The position numbers were made by a program, and so were the translations under genes. A stretch of 38,209 nt of DNA from a virus (Duplodnaviria; Heunggongvirae; Uroviricota; Caudoviricetes): positions 1-38,209 of the IMG/VR virus record IMGVR_UViG_2545824644_000015; one strand, written 5' to 3'. Position 1 is the stretch's first letter, and each line of letters opens with the position of its first letter. The notes under the pieces are model-generated. The model worked only from the letters and a program-made list of their open reading frames with translations. It ran no database searches and was not told where the DNA came from. Below, piece after piece: positions 20,044 to 28,996 of the stretch.

Positions 20044-21459
20044 TCAACCTACACCACAAGGAATTGAGTAACTGGAATAGTCGGGTTGCGCAGCCGACTC
20101 CGGGCAATGCATACACATCATCAGCGCATCAGCCAGGTTAGGAGATGGAATACCGAGCTTCTGCTTCATTTCGACCTTAGTCATAAGCTCCAGCTTCCCG
20201 TTGTTATTGAATTTGCGCTGAATCTGCGTCAGTTCTGCAAACAGCTTCTCCAGCATCTTCTCGCCTATTGCTTCCTTGTCGAAACTCAGCATGTCGTCGG
20301 GGTCTGCATACTCACCGTGGACAACCGCCCGATATGTCAGATAAAGCCTGTCAGCCAGCGCGTAATAGAATTGCGCTCGCTTATTGCGGAACACATCACC
20401 AATAGTGCGAACGTTGTCACCCTGTACGACTTCATCAGCCCATGCTCCGGCCTGATACGGAGCATCTTCATCGAATGGCGATTCGCTGCCCTTGAACATC
20501 GTGGCGGTGATTTTCTTGCCGGAGAACGCTTCCGTTGTCTGTCTGCGTAGCCCGGCACCAACACCATCACCATCCCACAGGTAATGGTCAGCGCCGTCTT
20601 CAATCGCCAGCGAAGTAGCCCAGTCAGCACCCTCGTTGATGTCCATCAGCAGACCTTCGGCAATGCGCTTAACTACCGAACCGTGGCGCGATGCATAACC
20701 TTTGGCATCCGGCCCTGTATCTGACGGGTCATGCGCAGAGACAACAGCGCCTTTCGCTTTCCATCCGAGTTTCTTGTGCGCATCGGTTGCGGCTTCAAGC
20801 CATTCACGTTTGATGATTGCCATATCACTTGCGCTTACTGGCTCACCAAGCCAGATGTGACGATACAGTGTCGGGTTTCTGCGTTTACACTCTTCCATCT
20901 CCAGACGGAGAACTTCAGGAAAGTGCGGGTTGTCGGTGTAGTTCACCGTCAGCAGGCAAATATCATCTGGAGGATTTACGACGAATCGCTGATAGGTATC
21001 GTCAAGGATGTTCTTCGGGTTAAAGCTCACCCATATTTCGGAAAACGGCTTGCGGATGGTTGGTATCAGGATATCCCATGATTCCTTCGTTACCGCTTCC
21101 GCTTCTTCCACCCAGCAGATATCAATGCCTTCGAGCGATTTAATCTTCGTCGGGTTGTTTTTGATGCCGTAGAACATGAATTCAGCATTCGTTCCGAGAT
21201 GACGAATCATTGAACGCTGAATTTCAAACTCAGCCGAATACCCTTCCCGCTCTATGGTGTCTTCAAGCAACCGGATTACCGAATCGCTGATACTGTTTTG
21301 CAGTTCACGAGCGCAGAGAATACGCACAGGCTGCCGACGCGCCGCTTCAACAAGCAGTCTCGCAATTGCCCATGACTTACCGCTACCTCGACCGCCTTTG
21401 GCGACTTTGTAGCGATGCGCCTCAATGAACGGTTCAAAGATAGGATTAATCGAGGTCAT
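20044..21459 (-). CDS. Terminase large subunit
   Basis: 471 aa; Walker A-like GGRGSGKS near N-terminus; synteny. Confidence 0.9.
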   Translation of the reverse strand: MTSINPIFEPFIEAHRYKVAKGGRGSGKSWAIARLLVEAARRQPVRILCARELQNSISDSVIRLLEDTIEREGYSAEFEIQRSMIRHLGTNAEFMFYGIKNNPTKIKSLEGIDICWVEEAEAVTKESWDILIPTIRKPFSEIWVSFNPKNILDDTYQRFVVNPPDDICLLTVNYTDNPHFPEVLRLEMEECKRRNPTLYRHIWLGEPVSASDMAIIKREWLEAATDAHKKLGWKAKGAVVSAHDPSDTGPDAKGYASRHGSVVKRIAEGLLMDINEGADWATSLAIEDGADHYLWDGDGVGAGLRRQTTEAFSGKKITATMFKGSESPFDEDAPYQAGAWADEVVQGDNVRTIGDVFRNKRAQFYYALADRLYLTYRAVVHGEYADPDDMLSFDKEAIGEKMLEKLFAELTQIQRKFNNNGKLELMTKVEMKQKLGIPSPNLADALMMCMHCPESAAQPDYSSYSIPCGVG

Positions 21460-21896
21460 TTTCCGAACAGAGTGCTCATCGGTGATGTTTCAATCTGGAT
21501 TGCGCCGCCGTCTTTGCCTGTTAGCTCGTGATCAACCTTGTCGCGCCATTTATCCTTCTGTCGGTTCTTAAGCCAGAAAATGGCAGCGGTTGTATCAGGC
21601 GGGTAATACTTCTCAAGCGGAGTTTCGACAATTCTGTTTTCAATAACACGAATATCGATATCTGGAGCCACGAAGCCCATAGCGCGTTGATAAAGACGAT
21701 CACTAACTTCTGCATCAGCGACGGCCTTACCCTTTTTTATGGACTCCGAAAACTTAGGATAATCAAGCTTCCACTTGTTAATAGTTGACTCACTGACTTC
21801 GAAGAAATCAGCAAGCTCTGCATCGGTGTAGCCCAGCAAGCACAGTTTGCGTGCCTGTTCGGCGTACGCCTCTTGATACTTTGTTGGGCGCGCCAT
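21456..21896 (-). CDS. Terminase small subunit (Sf6 gp1-like)
   Basis: 146 aa; HTH-like N-terminus; C-terminus KDGGAIQIETSPMSTLFGK matches Sf6 small terminase as remembered. Confidence 0.85.
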   Translation of the reverse strand: MARPTKYQEAYAEQARKLCLLGYTDAELADFFEVSESTINKWKLDYPKFSESIKKGKAVADAEVSDRLYQRAMGFVAPDIDIRVIENRIVETPLEKYYPPDTTAAIFWLKNRQKDKWRDKVDHELTGKDGGAIQIETSPMSTLFGK

Positions 21897-21898
21897 GT

Positions 21899-22153
21899 TT
21901 ATGCTCCGGTAGTGAACAGGTCTAACGCTTCCTTAGATTTACGCACCGCTTCGAATGTGCGGATCGTGATATCTGAATTAGCGCCGCCTGACTGGAAGTG
22001 AATTTTGAATAGCTCAAGCTTCAGTTCGTCAGTGCCAATGAATTGAAATGCTTCTTCTGCGGCTGCGTTCTGGTTCATGACCAGTTTGTAAATCTCTAAC
22101 TGGAATTTCTGTTCTTCAGTCATGGGAATAATCTCTGCCATTGTTGGCTCCAT
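21899..22153 (-). CDS. Hypothetical protein upstream of terminase
   Basis: 84 aa ORF co-directional with late operon. Confidence 0.5.
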   Translation of the reverse strand: MEPTMAEIIPMTEEQKFQLEIYKLVMNQNAAAEEAFQFIGTDELKLELFKIHFQSGGANSDITIRTFEAVRKSKEALDLFTTGA

Positions 22154-22588
22154 TTATCCGTTAAAAGGGATATCAGTTAAGTTATCCCGTGTAGGGTATA
22201 AGCCATTGTCGAGACCACTCATTGAATGGCCTCTGCAATAACCGATGTCTTTCCATCAGTCCGCCACCACAAAGAATCTTTTTTGCCTTAAGGCTGGAGG
22301 TTCATCTTTCAGTGGCTGCCAGTGTTATTTCCCCACTTACTGGCTTGGGTTGTTTCGCGGTACTGCCGTAACTGGTTGCCCAGAATAAATTCCGGTTTCA
22401 TTATCAAGCCCACCCGTAGATAGGCTTTGTAATGAACTGGCTCTTATCTCAACGCAGCCCCTTACCGCGCGCCAGATGCTCAACTTCAAGCATCAGCAAT
22501 GAGATGTTTAATCTGGATTCTCTCCAGAAGTGATCGCCACCCTGTCTACAGAGCCAGATGTGAAGGATGATGAGTAAAATTATCGCTA

Positions 22589-23026
22589 TCATCGAAGGCA
22601 TTGCGTCCTGATGTATTCCTGCAGGTAGTTAACCTGCGCGGTTATCTTGTCGATTCCACTTCGGAGACGGTAATAATTGAGTTCAGCATCTGCTGTAAGT
22701 CTTGGGCTTTCTCCATCGCCCATGCTGCTGGCTCCGGTCGTTGACTTTGCACAGGTGGCGGCGACTTGCAGGCGCTTACGACCAGCAGAAACATCAGCAC
22801 GGAGACTTTCGATAGTCGCGTTAGCATCAGCAAGCTCCTTTGTGTATCTTGCGTCGAGTTCTGCTACATCATGTTGCCGCTTCTGCATATCAGCGATAAT
22901 GGATGTGGCTTTATCGCGCTGTTCTTTATAGGTAATGGCGTTATCACGGTAATGATTAACAGCCCATGACAGGCAGACGATGATGCAGATAACCAGAGCG
23001 GAGATAATCGCGGTTACTCTGCTCAT
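22589..23026 (-). CDS. Rz: i-spanin Rz
   Basis: 145 aa; N-terminal TM anchor then coiled coil; follows endolysin. Confidence 0.9.
   Translation of the reverse strand: MSRVTAIISALVICIIVCLSWAVNHYRDNAITYKEQRDKATSIIADMQKRQHDVAELDARYTKELADANATIESLRADVSAGRKRLQVAATCAKSTTGASSMGDGESPRLTADAELNYYRLRSGIDKITAQVNYLQEYIRTQCLR
22642..22833 (-). CDS. Rz1: o-spanin Rz1 (embedded in Rz, +1 frame)
   Basis: Lipobox LLVVSAC followed by Pro-rich segment; entirely within Rz in another frame. Confidence 0.8.
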   Translation of the reverse strand: MLMLTRLSKVSVLMFLLVVSACKSPPPVQSQRPEPAAWAMEKAQDLQQMLNSIITVSEVESTR

Positions 23027-23499
23027 ACCTCAATCTCTCTAACCGTTCCGCCTGCTTCTTTGAATTTTGCAATCAGGCTGTCAGCCTTATGCTCGAACTG
23101 ACCGTAACCAGCGCCCGGCAACGAAGCCCAGATATTGCTGCAACGGTCGATAGCCTGACGAATATCACCGCGATCAATCATCGGTAAAGCGCCACGCTCT
23201 TTAATCTGTTGCAGTGCCACAGCGTCCTGGCTTTTCGGAGAGAAGTCTTTCAGGCCAAGCTGCTTACGATAGGCATCCCACCAACGGGAAAGAAGCTGGT
23301 AGCGCCCGGCGGCTGTTGATTTGAGTTTTGGGTTTAGCGTGACAAGTTTACGAGGGTGATCGGAGTAATCAGTGAATAGCTCTCCGCCTACAATGACGTC
23401 ATAACCATGATTTTTGGTTTTCTGACGTCCGTTATCAGTTCCCTCCGACCACGCCAGCATATCGAGGAACGCCTTACGTTGATTATTGATTTCCACCAT
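23023..23499 (-). CDS. R: Endolysin (lambda R-type lytic transglycosylase)
   Basis: 158 aa; near-identical to lambda R as remembered ([28 protein letters not shown]...). Confidence 0.95.
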   Translation of the reverse strand: MVEINNQRKAFLDMLAWSEGTDNGRQKTKNHGYDVIVGGELFTDYSDHPRKLVTLNPKLKSTAAGRYQLLSRWWDAYRKQLGLKDFSPKSQDAVALQQIKERGALPMIDRGDIRQAIDRCSNIWASLPGAGYGQFEHKADSLIAKFKEAGGTVREIEV

Positions 23500-23806
23500 C
23501 TTCTACTCCGGCTTTTTTAGCAGCGAAGCGTTTGATAAGCGAACCAATCGAGTCAGTACCGATGTAGCCGATGAACACGCTCGTTATATAAGCGAGATTG
23601 CTACTTAGTCCGGCGAGGTCGAGAAGGTCACGAATGAACCAGGCGATAATGGCGCACATCGTTGCGTCGATTACTGTTTTTGTAAACGCACCGCCATTAT
23701 ATCTGCCGCGAAGGTACGCCATTGCAAACGCAAGGATTGCCCCGATGCCTTGTTCCTTTGCCGCGAGAATGGCGGCTAACAGGTCATGTTTTTCTGGCAT
23801 CTTCAT
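23483..23806 (-). CDS. S: Holin/antiholin (lambda S-type, dual start)
   Basis: 107 aa [20 protein letters not shown]..., Met1-Lys2-Met3 dual-start motif. Confidence 0.95.
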   Translation of the reverse strand: MKMPEKHDLLAAILAAKEQGIGAILAFAMAYLRGRYNGGAFTKTVIDATMCAIIAWFIRDLLDLAGLSSNLAYITSVFIGYIGTDSIGSLIKRFAAKKAGVEDGGNQ

Positions 23807-24048
23807 GTCTTACCCCCAATAAGGGGATTTGCTCTATTTAATTAGGAATAAGGTCGATTACTGATAGAACAAATCCAGGCTACTGTGTTTAGTAATCAGA
23901 TTTGTTCGTGACCGATATGCACGGGCAAAACGGCATGAGGTTGTTAGCGCAATCTCCTGCCACCCGCTTTCACGAAGGTCATGTGTATAAGGCCGCAGCA
24001 TAACTATCACTGATGAATTCAGGACATCCAGTGGCTACGGCTCAGTTA

Positions 24049-24124
24049 TGGTGCTGGTTAACGGACTTGAACCGCTACCCATTCGCTTACAAGGCGACTG
24101 CTCTACCATTGGAGCTAAACCAGC
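24049..24124 (-). tRNA. tRNA-Thr (anticodon UGU), CCA encoded
   Basis: Hand-folded cloverleaf: 7-bp perfect acceptor stem, perfect 4-bp D stem, anticodon loop CUUGUAA, T-loop TTCAAGT, discriminator A then CCA. Confidence 0.7.
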
Positions 24125-24129
24125 ATATT

Positions 24130-24204
24130 TGGCGGGACAGCGTGGACTCGAACCACGATAAGAAGGTTAACAGCCTTCCGTAATTACCTTTATACGACTG
24201 ACCC
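24130..24204 (-). tRNA. tRNA-Asn (anticodon GUU), CCA encoded; one acceptor-stem mismatch
   Basis: Hand-folded: T-arm CGTGG-TTCGAGT-CCACG, anticodon loop CUGUUAA, acceptor stem 6/7 paired, D stem 3/4 paired; could be a degenerate copy. Confidence 0.55.
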
Positions 24205-24268
24205 AAATAAAAAATCCCGAAACCGTTGTGCAGGCTCTAACTATTACCTGCGAACTGTTTCGGGATTG
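24205..24268 (-). terminator. Late-operon terminator tR' (lambda-like)
   Basis: Long hairpin aatcccgaaac...gtttcgggatt followed by U-run on minus strand; flanking sequence matches lambda 6S RNA/tR' region as remembered. Confidence 0.8.
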
Positions 24269-24397
24269 CATTTTGCAGACCTCTCAGCCTGCGATGGTTG
24301 GAGTTCCAGACGATACGTCGAAGTGACCAACTAGGCGGAATCGGTAGTAAGCGCCACCTCTTTTTATCTCACTACCACAACGAGCGAATTAACCCAT

Positions 24398-24889
24398 CTA
24401 TCCCATACTGGAGAATTCACCATGATATTTTATCCTGGCATTTTCCATTGCCTTTCTCGCCTCCTCGATATCGTCAAAACACCCTACATGAATCCTTTTA
24501 CCATTGACCCTAATTCTTCCAACCCACTTGTTTGCAGCAGAATTAAAAGTCACCCCCTTCACACCAGATGAATTGTTTTTCCTCATCTTGCTGTTCCATG
24601 AGTTTTGAGTGTTAGTAACAACACGAAGATTGGCTATCCGGTTATCAGATCTATCACCATTAATATGGTCAATCACATCGGTTGGCCAATCATTGTAAAC
24701 CATCAGCCATGCAATTCTATGGACATATAGCCGCATCCCATAAAGTTTTACCTGCAGATATCCATTTGTTTTATAGCCAACAACAGCGCCATAGATAAAT
24801 CTAGAAGACCGAGGTGGATTCTTCCATGTAAGAATTCCAGTATCTGGATTGTAATTAAAAAGTCTCAATGCATCTTCACGTTTTAACAT
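24398..24889 (-). CDS. HNH homing endonuclease (HNH_3 with AP2-like DNA-binding region)
   Basis: 163 aa with VIDHINGDRSDNRIANLRVVTNTQN HNH core and C-terminal GV(K/T)...W...GRIRVNGK...GCF AP2-type repeat; AT-rich. Confidence 0.85.
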   Translation of the reverse strand: MLKREDALRLFNYNPDTGILTWKNPPRSSRFIYGAVVGYKTNGYLQVKLYGMRLYVHRIAWLMVYNDWPTDVIDHINGDRSDNRIANLRVVTNTQNSWNSKMRKNNSSGVKGVTFNSAANKWVGRIRVNGKRIHVGCFDDIEEARKAMENARIKYHGEFSSMG

Positions 24890-25089
24890 AGGCGAACCAC
24901 ATAGATATTAGAGCCTGCTGACATAGAAATATCACCACGAGAGAAGTCGCCAAAGGCGATATTTCTCAGGCTCTATTCCTATGTGCTCTCGAGTTTATGA
25001 TGCGCATGTCAGTGCGCTTAGAACTTAAAGATGAGGTGGGTAAAAACTGAAAGAATGTGAACAGATATAAATCTGCCATTCTTGGGTTA

Positions 25090-25118
25090 AATTTACCCAA
25101 CTTTATTCAAAAAGTCAA
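25090..25118 (-). promoter_or_regulatory. Late promoter PR' with Q-binding element
   Basis: Minus strand TTGACT-17 bp-TAAATT immediately downstream of Q; spacer ttttgaataaagttggg nearly identical to lambda PR' spacer as remembered. Confidence 0.8.
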
Positions 25119-25160
25119 TATCATGCCGTTAATATGTTGCCATCCGTGGCAATCATGCTG

Positions 25161-25784
25161 CTAACGTGTGACCGCATTCAAAATGTTGTCTGCGATTGAC
25201 TCTTCTTTGTGGCATTGCACCACCAGAGCGTCATACAGCGGCTTAACAGTGCGTGACCAGGTGGGTTGAGTAAGGTTTGGGATTAGCATCGTTACAGCGC
25301 GATATGCGGCGCTTGCTGGCATTCTTGAATAGCCGACACCTTTGCATCTTCCGCACTCTTTCTCAACAACTCTCCCCCACTGCTCTGTTTTGGCTATATC
25401 AACCGCACGGCCTGTACCGTGGCAATCTCTGCATCTTGCGCCCGGCGTCGCGGCACTACGGCAATAATCCGCATAAGCGAATGTTGCGAGCACTTGCAGT
25501 ACCTTTGCCTTAGTATTTCCTTCAAGCTTTGCCACGCCACGGTATTTCCCCGATACCTTGTGTGCAAATTGCATCAGATAGTTGATAGCCTTTTGTTTGT
25601 CGTTCTGGCTGAGTTCATGCTTACCGCAGAATGCAGCCATACCGAATCCGGCTTGTGATTGCGCCATCCCCATAGCAGCCATCACATCAGTACCGGAAAG
25701 AGAGTCAGAAGCCGTGGCCCGTGGTGAGTCGCTCATCATCGGGCTTTTTGGCGAATGAAATTTAGCTACGCTTTCGAGTCTCAT
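25161..25784 (-). CDS. Q: Late-gene antiterminator Q (lambda type)
   Basis: 207 aa, essentially identical to lambda Q as remembered (MRLESVAKFHSPKSPMMSDSPRATASD...). Confidence 0.95.
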   Translation of the reverse strand: MRLESVAKFHSPKSPMMSDSPRATASDSLSGTDVMAAMGMAQSQAGFGMAAFCGKHELSQNDKQKAINYLMQFAHKVSGKYRGVAKLEGNTKAKVLQVLATFAYADYCRSAATPGARCRDCHGTGRAVDIAKTEQWGRVVEKECGRCKGVGYSRMPASAAYRAVTMLIPNLTQPTWSRTVKPLYDALVVQCHKEESIADNILNAVTR

Positions 25785-25969
25785 CGTCTTCCCCTCTTGC
25801 CCTGTTTGACCATCAGGACGCCGTTAACTATTACGTGACGCTCGCCTTTGCTGTCTCGGTTGTACTTGAGCACTGTTCCTCTTGCGCAGGAAAGCATCCT
25901 TGCCACTTCGGTCTGATTGCCTCGTGTCTGGATAAGAAGCTCTGGTATCGTTTGAATTGTGGCGTTCAT
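25781..25969 (-). CDS. ninH: NinH-like protein
   Basis: 62 aa; TIPELLIQTRGNQTEVARMLSCARGTVLKY resembles lambda NinH. Confidence 0.75.
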   Translation of the reverse strand: MNATIQTIPELLIQTRGNQTEVARMLSCARGTVLKYNRDSKGERHVIVNGVLMVKQGKRGRR

Positions 25970-26328
25970 GCGTTCTCCAGTTCGGTGATTTTTATTCCAA
26001 GCCTTCCACCTGGTACTTTCACACCACGAATTACGCGAATGTCATCGAATTGCTCGTCGTCTTCCGCAAATCCGGCGTGGATAAGGGAGTCGAGTAAACC
26101 TTTCAGGATGTTGTCGAGGTCGCGGCGGCGGGAGTCTGGAACGTCTGCGATGACTTTGATGCGGAGTCGTGATTTGGTGAAAATGTCTAACTTGAGTTGG
26201 CGGATTATTTGCTGTACATCTTTTCGGTATTTCTGGCCTTTATCGCTGATGTAGTATTGGCTTCCCCTTCTTCGCCAGTAGGTATTCACCGACGGCGGGT
26301 ATGGAAGCACAAACCGATATTCATTCAT
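25966..26328 (-). CDS. rusA: Holliday junction resolvase RusA-like
   Basis: 120 aa; N-terminal LPYPPSVNTYW and DxDN region typical of RusA family. Confidence 0.85.
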   Translation of the reverse strand: MNEYRFVLPYPPSVNTYWRRRGSQYYISDKGQKYRKDVQQIIRQLKLDIFTKSRLRIKVIADVPDSRRRDLDNILKGLLDSLIHAGFAEDDEQFDDIRVIRGVKVPGGRLGIKITELENA

Positions 26329-26615
26329 GACTTAACCTTCCCCTCCTTCAGCAATACCGCCTGCGTCCTGATCACGCCTTCGAGGTGGTAAAGTCTGGCG
26401 TCTTTGTTGTCGAGGTTATGGGTGCGTCGGTCGATTTCATCGTGACACGCACTACAAGCCCATGCACCGATCAGGTCGTCAGGCTTCATTCCCGTTCCGC
26501 AAATTCCAGCCATCCGGTAATGTGCCAGAACTGTAGTTTCAGGATTGCCATTGCATACGCCGTAAATACGTACCTGGCATTCTCTGCCGCGTGCTTCTTT
26601 GCGTAGGTTAGCCAT
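26325..26615 (-). CDS. DUF1364/YbcO-like zinc-binding protein
   Basis: 96 aa with conserved Cys/His pattern (RECQVRIYGVC...ACSACHDEIDRR) resembling DLP12 YbcO. Confidence 0.7.
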   Translation of the reverse strand: MANLRKEARGRECQVRIYGVCNGNPETTVLAHYRMAGICGTGMKPDDLIGAWACSACHDEIDRRTHNLDNKDARLYHLEGVIRTQAVLLKEGKVKS

Positions 26616-26884
26616 TATGGTTCACTCCAGTAATTCTCAATTGCAGCAGCCATTCTCTGCATCCACTCAGCCAGCTTTAACGCGGCTTCTCTTTCAGAAC
26701 CACATTTAGGGAAATCCTTCATTTCCATGCTGGCCTTATATGTTCTGAATGACAGGTCTCCGGTAATAACCAACTCCTGATCAAGCACCGAGCGTTTATT
26801 CCGGTGTTGAACGTAATAGACAGATTCAGTCCGCATTTCTTCTCTGTCTTTTTTGAAGGAAATAAGCTCAGAGAAATCACTCAT
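26615..26884 (-). CDS. Hypothetical nin-region protein
   Basis: 89 aa ORF; RBS gagga upstream of ATG. Confidence 0.5.
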   Translation of the reverse strand: MSDFSELISFKKDREEMRTESVYYVQHRNKRSVLDQELVITGDLSFRTYKASMEMKDFPKCGSEREAALKLAEWMQRMAAAIENYWSEP

Positions 26885-27047
26885 CGTCTTCTTCCTCGTA
26901 CATTGAGCTATTCGGATCGCTCATCAGTTCTGCGCAGCAATCTGAGCACACGTGAACTTCCAGCACATGCAGCTTCTGACCGCAGTTAGCGCACGTTAAA
27001 GCCCGCTCGACGCTTTGTTGTTCGTAACTTCGATTTGGGTCAATCAC
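26875..27047 (-). pseudogene. ninF: ninF-like gene disrupted by +1 frameshift
   Basis: Frame C gives [17 protein letters not shown]-stop; frame B continues RAGALTCANCGQKLHVLEVHVCSDCCAELMSDPNSSMYEEEDDE; removing one G from gagcgggcgct joins them into a NinF-like protein. Confidence 0.5.
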
Positions 27048-27226
27048 CTTGTTTTCCTCGCACGTTCTCTAAGCCACCGGATATCCCACAGGTGAGCCGT
27101 GTAGTTGAAGGTTTTTACGTCAGATTCTTTTGGGATTGGCTTGCGTTTATTTCTGGAGCGTTTCGTTGGAAGGTATTTGCAGTTTTCGCAGATGATGTCG
27201 GTGATACTTCGTCGCTGTCGTCTCAT
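27044..27226 (-). CDS. ninE: NinE
   Basis: 60 aa [60 protein letters not shown], close to lambda NinE as remembered. Confidence 0.85.
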   Translation of the reverse strand: MRRQRRSITDIICENCKYLPTKRSRNKRKPIPKESDVKTFNYTAHLWDIRWLRERARKTR

Positions 27227-27750
27227 GCAGCCCTCCTGACGCCCTGCCCGATCGCCATCAATGCCGCTTTGGATACGGTGGTAAACATCCGTCGAGGACT
27301 GATGAACGGTCGCCAAATCAGCAGCATGGAGCCTTTGCTGTTTCCCTTCTTCTCCAGCCCTGTCGATGGTTCGATAAAATTAATCCGTCCATCAGTGATA
27401 ATACGAACTTCGTCGACACTCTCCAGAGCCTTGCTGAACCATCCGACTGACATATCCTCTGGCACAAGCATCACTACCGTCTGTCGCTGTTGTATGCACT
27501 GTTCAGCGGCTTTTTCCACCCACGGCCTGATATTGCTGTACGGTGGGTTATTCCAGATTGCACCGTGGCTTACCCACTCAGAATTTAGCGCGTCGTCGGC
27601 CTCAGTTAACCAGTGAGCGCACAGAGCATTTTTGTCGCTCGCTGCCGAATCCAGCCAGAATCCAAACTCAATATCCAGTGCATCAAAAAGCCAAAGCGGC
27701 GTTTGCCAGCAGTCCTTGTCGTGTGCTGGCGTATTTGATTTGATAGTCAT
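27223..27750 (-). CDS. Orphan DNA N6-adenine methyltransferase (phage Dam-like)
   Basis: NPPY catalytic motif ([10 protein letters not shown]); DCWQTP motif typical of phage N6A methylases; start at Met10 (ATGA overlap with ninB). Confidence 0.8.
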   Translation of the reverse strand: MTIKSNTPAHDKDCWQTPLWLFDALDIEFGFWLDSAASDKNALCAHWLTEADDALNSEWVSHGAIWNNPPYSNIRPWVEKAAEQCIQQRQTVVMLVPEDMSVGWFSKALESVDEVRIITDGRINFIEPSTGLEKKGNSKGSMLLIWRPFISPRRMFTTVSKAALMAIGQGVRRAA

Positions 27751-28196
27751 GCAGCTCTCCCTTTTCGTTGTGACCATTCATACTCTCGCCGGGAGTCATC
27801 ACTCCACCGCACGTTGCGCTCTGAGCCGAACCAAAACATGATTTCGATAAGCTCAGTCATGCTGGCCTTTCGCATTTTGCTGGTACGCACGCCAAGCATG
27901 ACAACGCCACCGTCGATACCAGGAACACTTCGTTGCTCCAGTTTTTTGGTCTTAAGCCACAGGGCAGTGAACAGGTCTTTCCAGTCTTCCGGTGCCAGCC
28001 GTTGACCATGCCATAGCACCTGACGCGAAACATCGTTCAGCATCGGCCACATACGGTCATTCTGCGCTTTGCTGCGCTTGGGTTCTTTAACGTGGACTTC
28101 GTGGGGTGACTTGTCGTCGATGGGTAGTGAGAGAATGGCGTCTATGGCGTTATTTCTGATTGCTTCGTTGCGAAGCAGAAAAGTTTGTTTTGTCAT
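27747..28196 (-). CDS. ninB: NinB (Orf-family recombination mediator)
   Basis: 149 aa; SKAQNDRMWPMLNDVSRQVLWHG and C-terminal RWSDDSRREYEW match lambda NinB pattern. Confidence 0.85.
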   Translation of the reverse strand: MTKQTFLLRNEAIRNNAIDAILSLPIDDKSPHEVHVKEPKRSKAQNDRMWPMLNDVSRQVLWHGQRLAPEDWKDLFTALWLKTKKLEQRSVPGIDGGVVMLGVRTSKMRKASMTELIEIMFWFGSERNVRWSDDSRREYEWSQRKGRAA

Positions 28197-28398
28197 GCTT
28201 CATCATCTCGTTCCATGCATCCATGCATTCTTGGTGGCTATTTCGCGTAACCTCTATCTTCGTTTTCTCACCTTCACACCAGTGGCGAAGGTAAACTTTC
28301 AGCACGATGTAACGCTGACCCGTCCAGTGCTTCGTTTCGTCGAATGTAGATATTCCGGAACCGCAAAATATGCACGGCTTTAACTCGCTCATACTCAC
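28150..28398 (-). CDS. Small zinc-finger protein, possibly Lar-like restriction alleviation
   Basis: 82 aa; ELKPCIFCGSG motif near N-terminus; 3' end overlaps ninB by 47 nt. Confidence 0.4.
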   Translation of the reverse strand: MSMSELKPCIFCGSGISTFDETKHWTGQRYIVLKVYLRHWCEGEKTKIEVTRNSHQECMDAWNEMMKHDKTNFSASQRSNQK

Positions 28399-28715
28399 TC
28401 CTTCACTTTGACTCCAGCAGCGCGGATGGCATCTACATCGCTTTCGTATTGCGATTCTGCACCTGAGTCATAGCCAATGTGATAATCACCGGGAAGTGGG
28501 CCTTTCTTTGGCTTTTGCAGCTCAATCTCGATAGCTGCTCGCGATGCCTGCCATAAAGTCCACCACTCATTTAAGGAGTGACGAATATCCATGCTTGAAA
28601 ATGCGAAGTACCTATCACCATTTCTTGCCTCGGTTATCATCTCGAATGGTAATTTCAATTTTTTGGCAACGTATTCCTCAAACTTCTTTCTTGATTCGTC
28701 CATATCACTCTCCAT
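28395..28715 (-). CDS. Hypothetical protein
   Basis: 106 aa ORF co-directional with early right operon. Confidence 0.5.
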   Translation of the reverse strand: MESDMDESRKKFEEYVAKKLKLPFEMITEARNGDRYFAFSSMDIRHSLNEWWTLWQASRAAIEIELQKPKKGPLPGDYHIGYDSGAESQYESDVDAIRAAGVKVKE

Positions 28716-28730
28716 CGATGATTTTTTGGG

Positions 28731-28913
28731 TTACCAATAATATTTGATAGTCGCCATAATTATCGGTAGCAACGCGCAGACAACTGAAAACCGTAAAACA
28801 AAACCTACTCCCAATATGCGATATCCATTATTCCAGAGAACAAAACTCATCATCAGAAGGAATCCATGAAAAATCGCGACAAGAAATAAACTACAAATAA
28901 ATGCATTTACCAT
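28731..28913 (-). CDS. Small hydrophobic hypothetical protein
   Basis: 60 aa, two predicted TM segments, AT-rich. Confidence 0.4.
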   Translation of the reverse strand: MVNAFICSLFLVAIFHGFLLMMSFVLWNNGYRILGVGFVLRFSVVCALLPIIMATIKYYW

Positions 28914-28996
28914 CGGTACTTACCCCTCGCTCTTAATCCAATAAAAAAGGGCTACTGTGTAAATAGCCCCTGTTATTATCTCAGTGATGTAGACGG

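Noticed and set aside
20086-20550. 154-aa plus-strand ORF
   Set aside because: Antisense to terminase large subunit gene.
22246-22389. 47-aa plus-strand ORF in the Rz-proximal gap
   Set aside because: Low-complexity translation, no RBS, no resemblance to Bor; kept only as part of the gap finding.
27035-27616. 193-aa plus-strand ORF
   Set aside because: Antisense to the methyltransferase and ninE genes.
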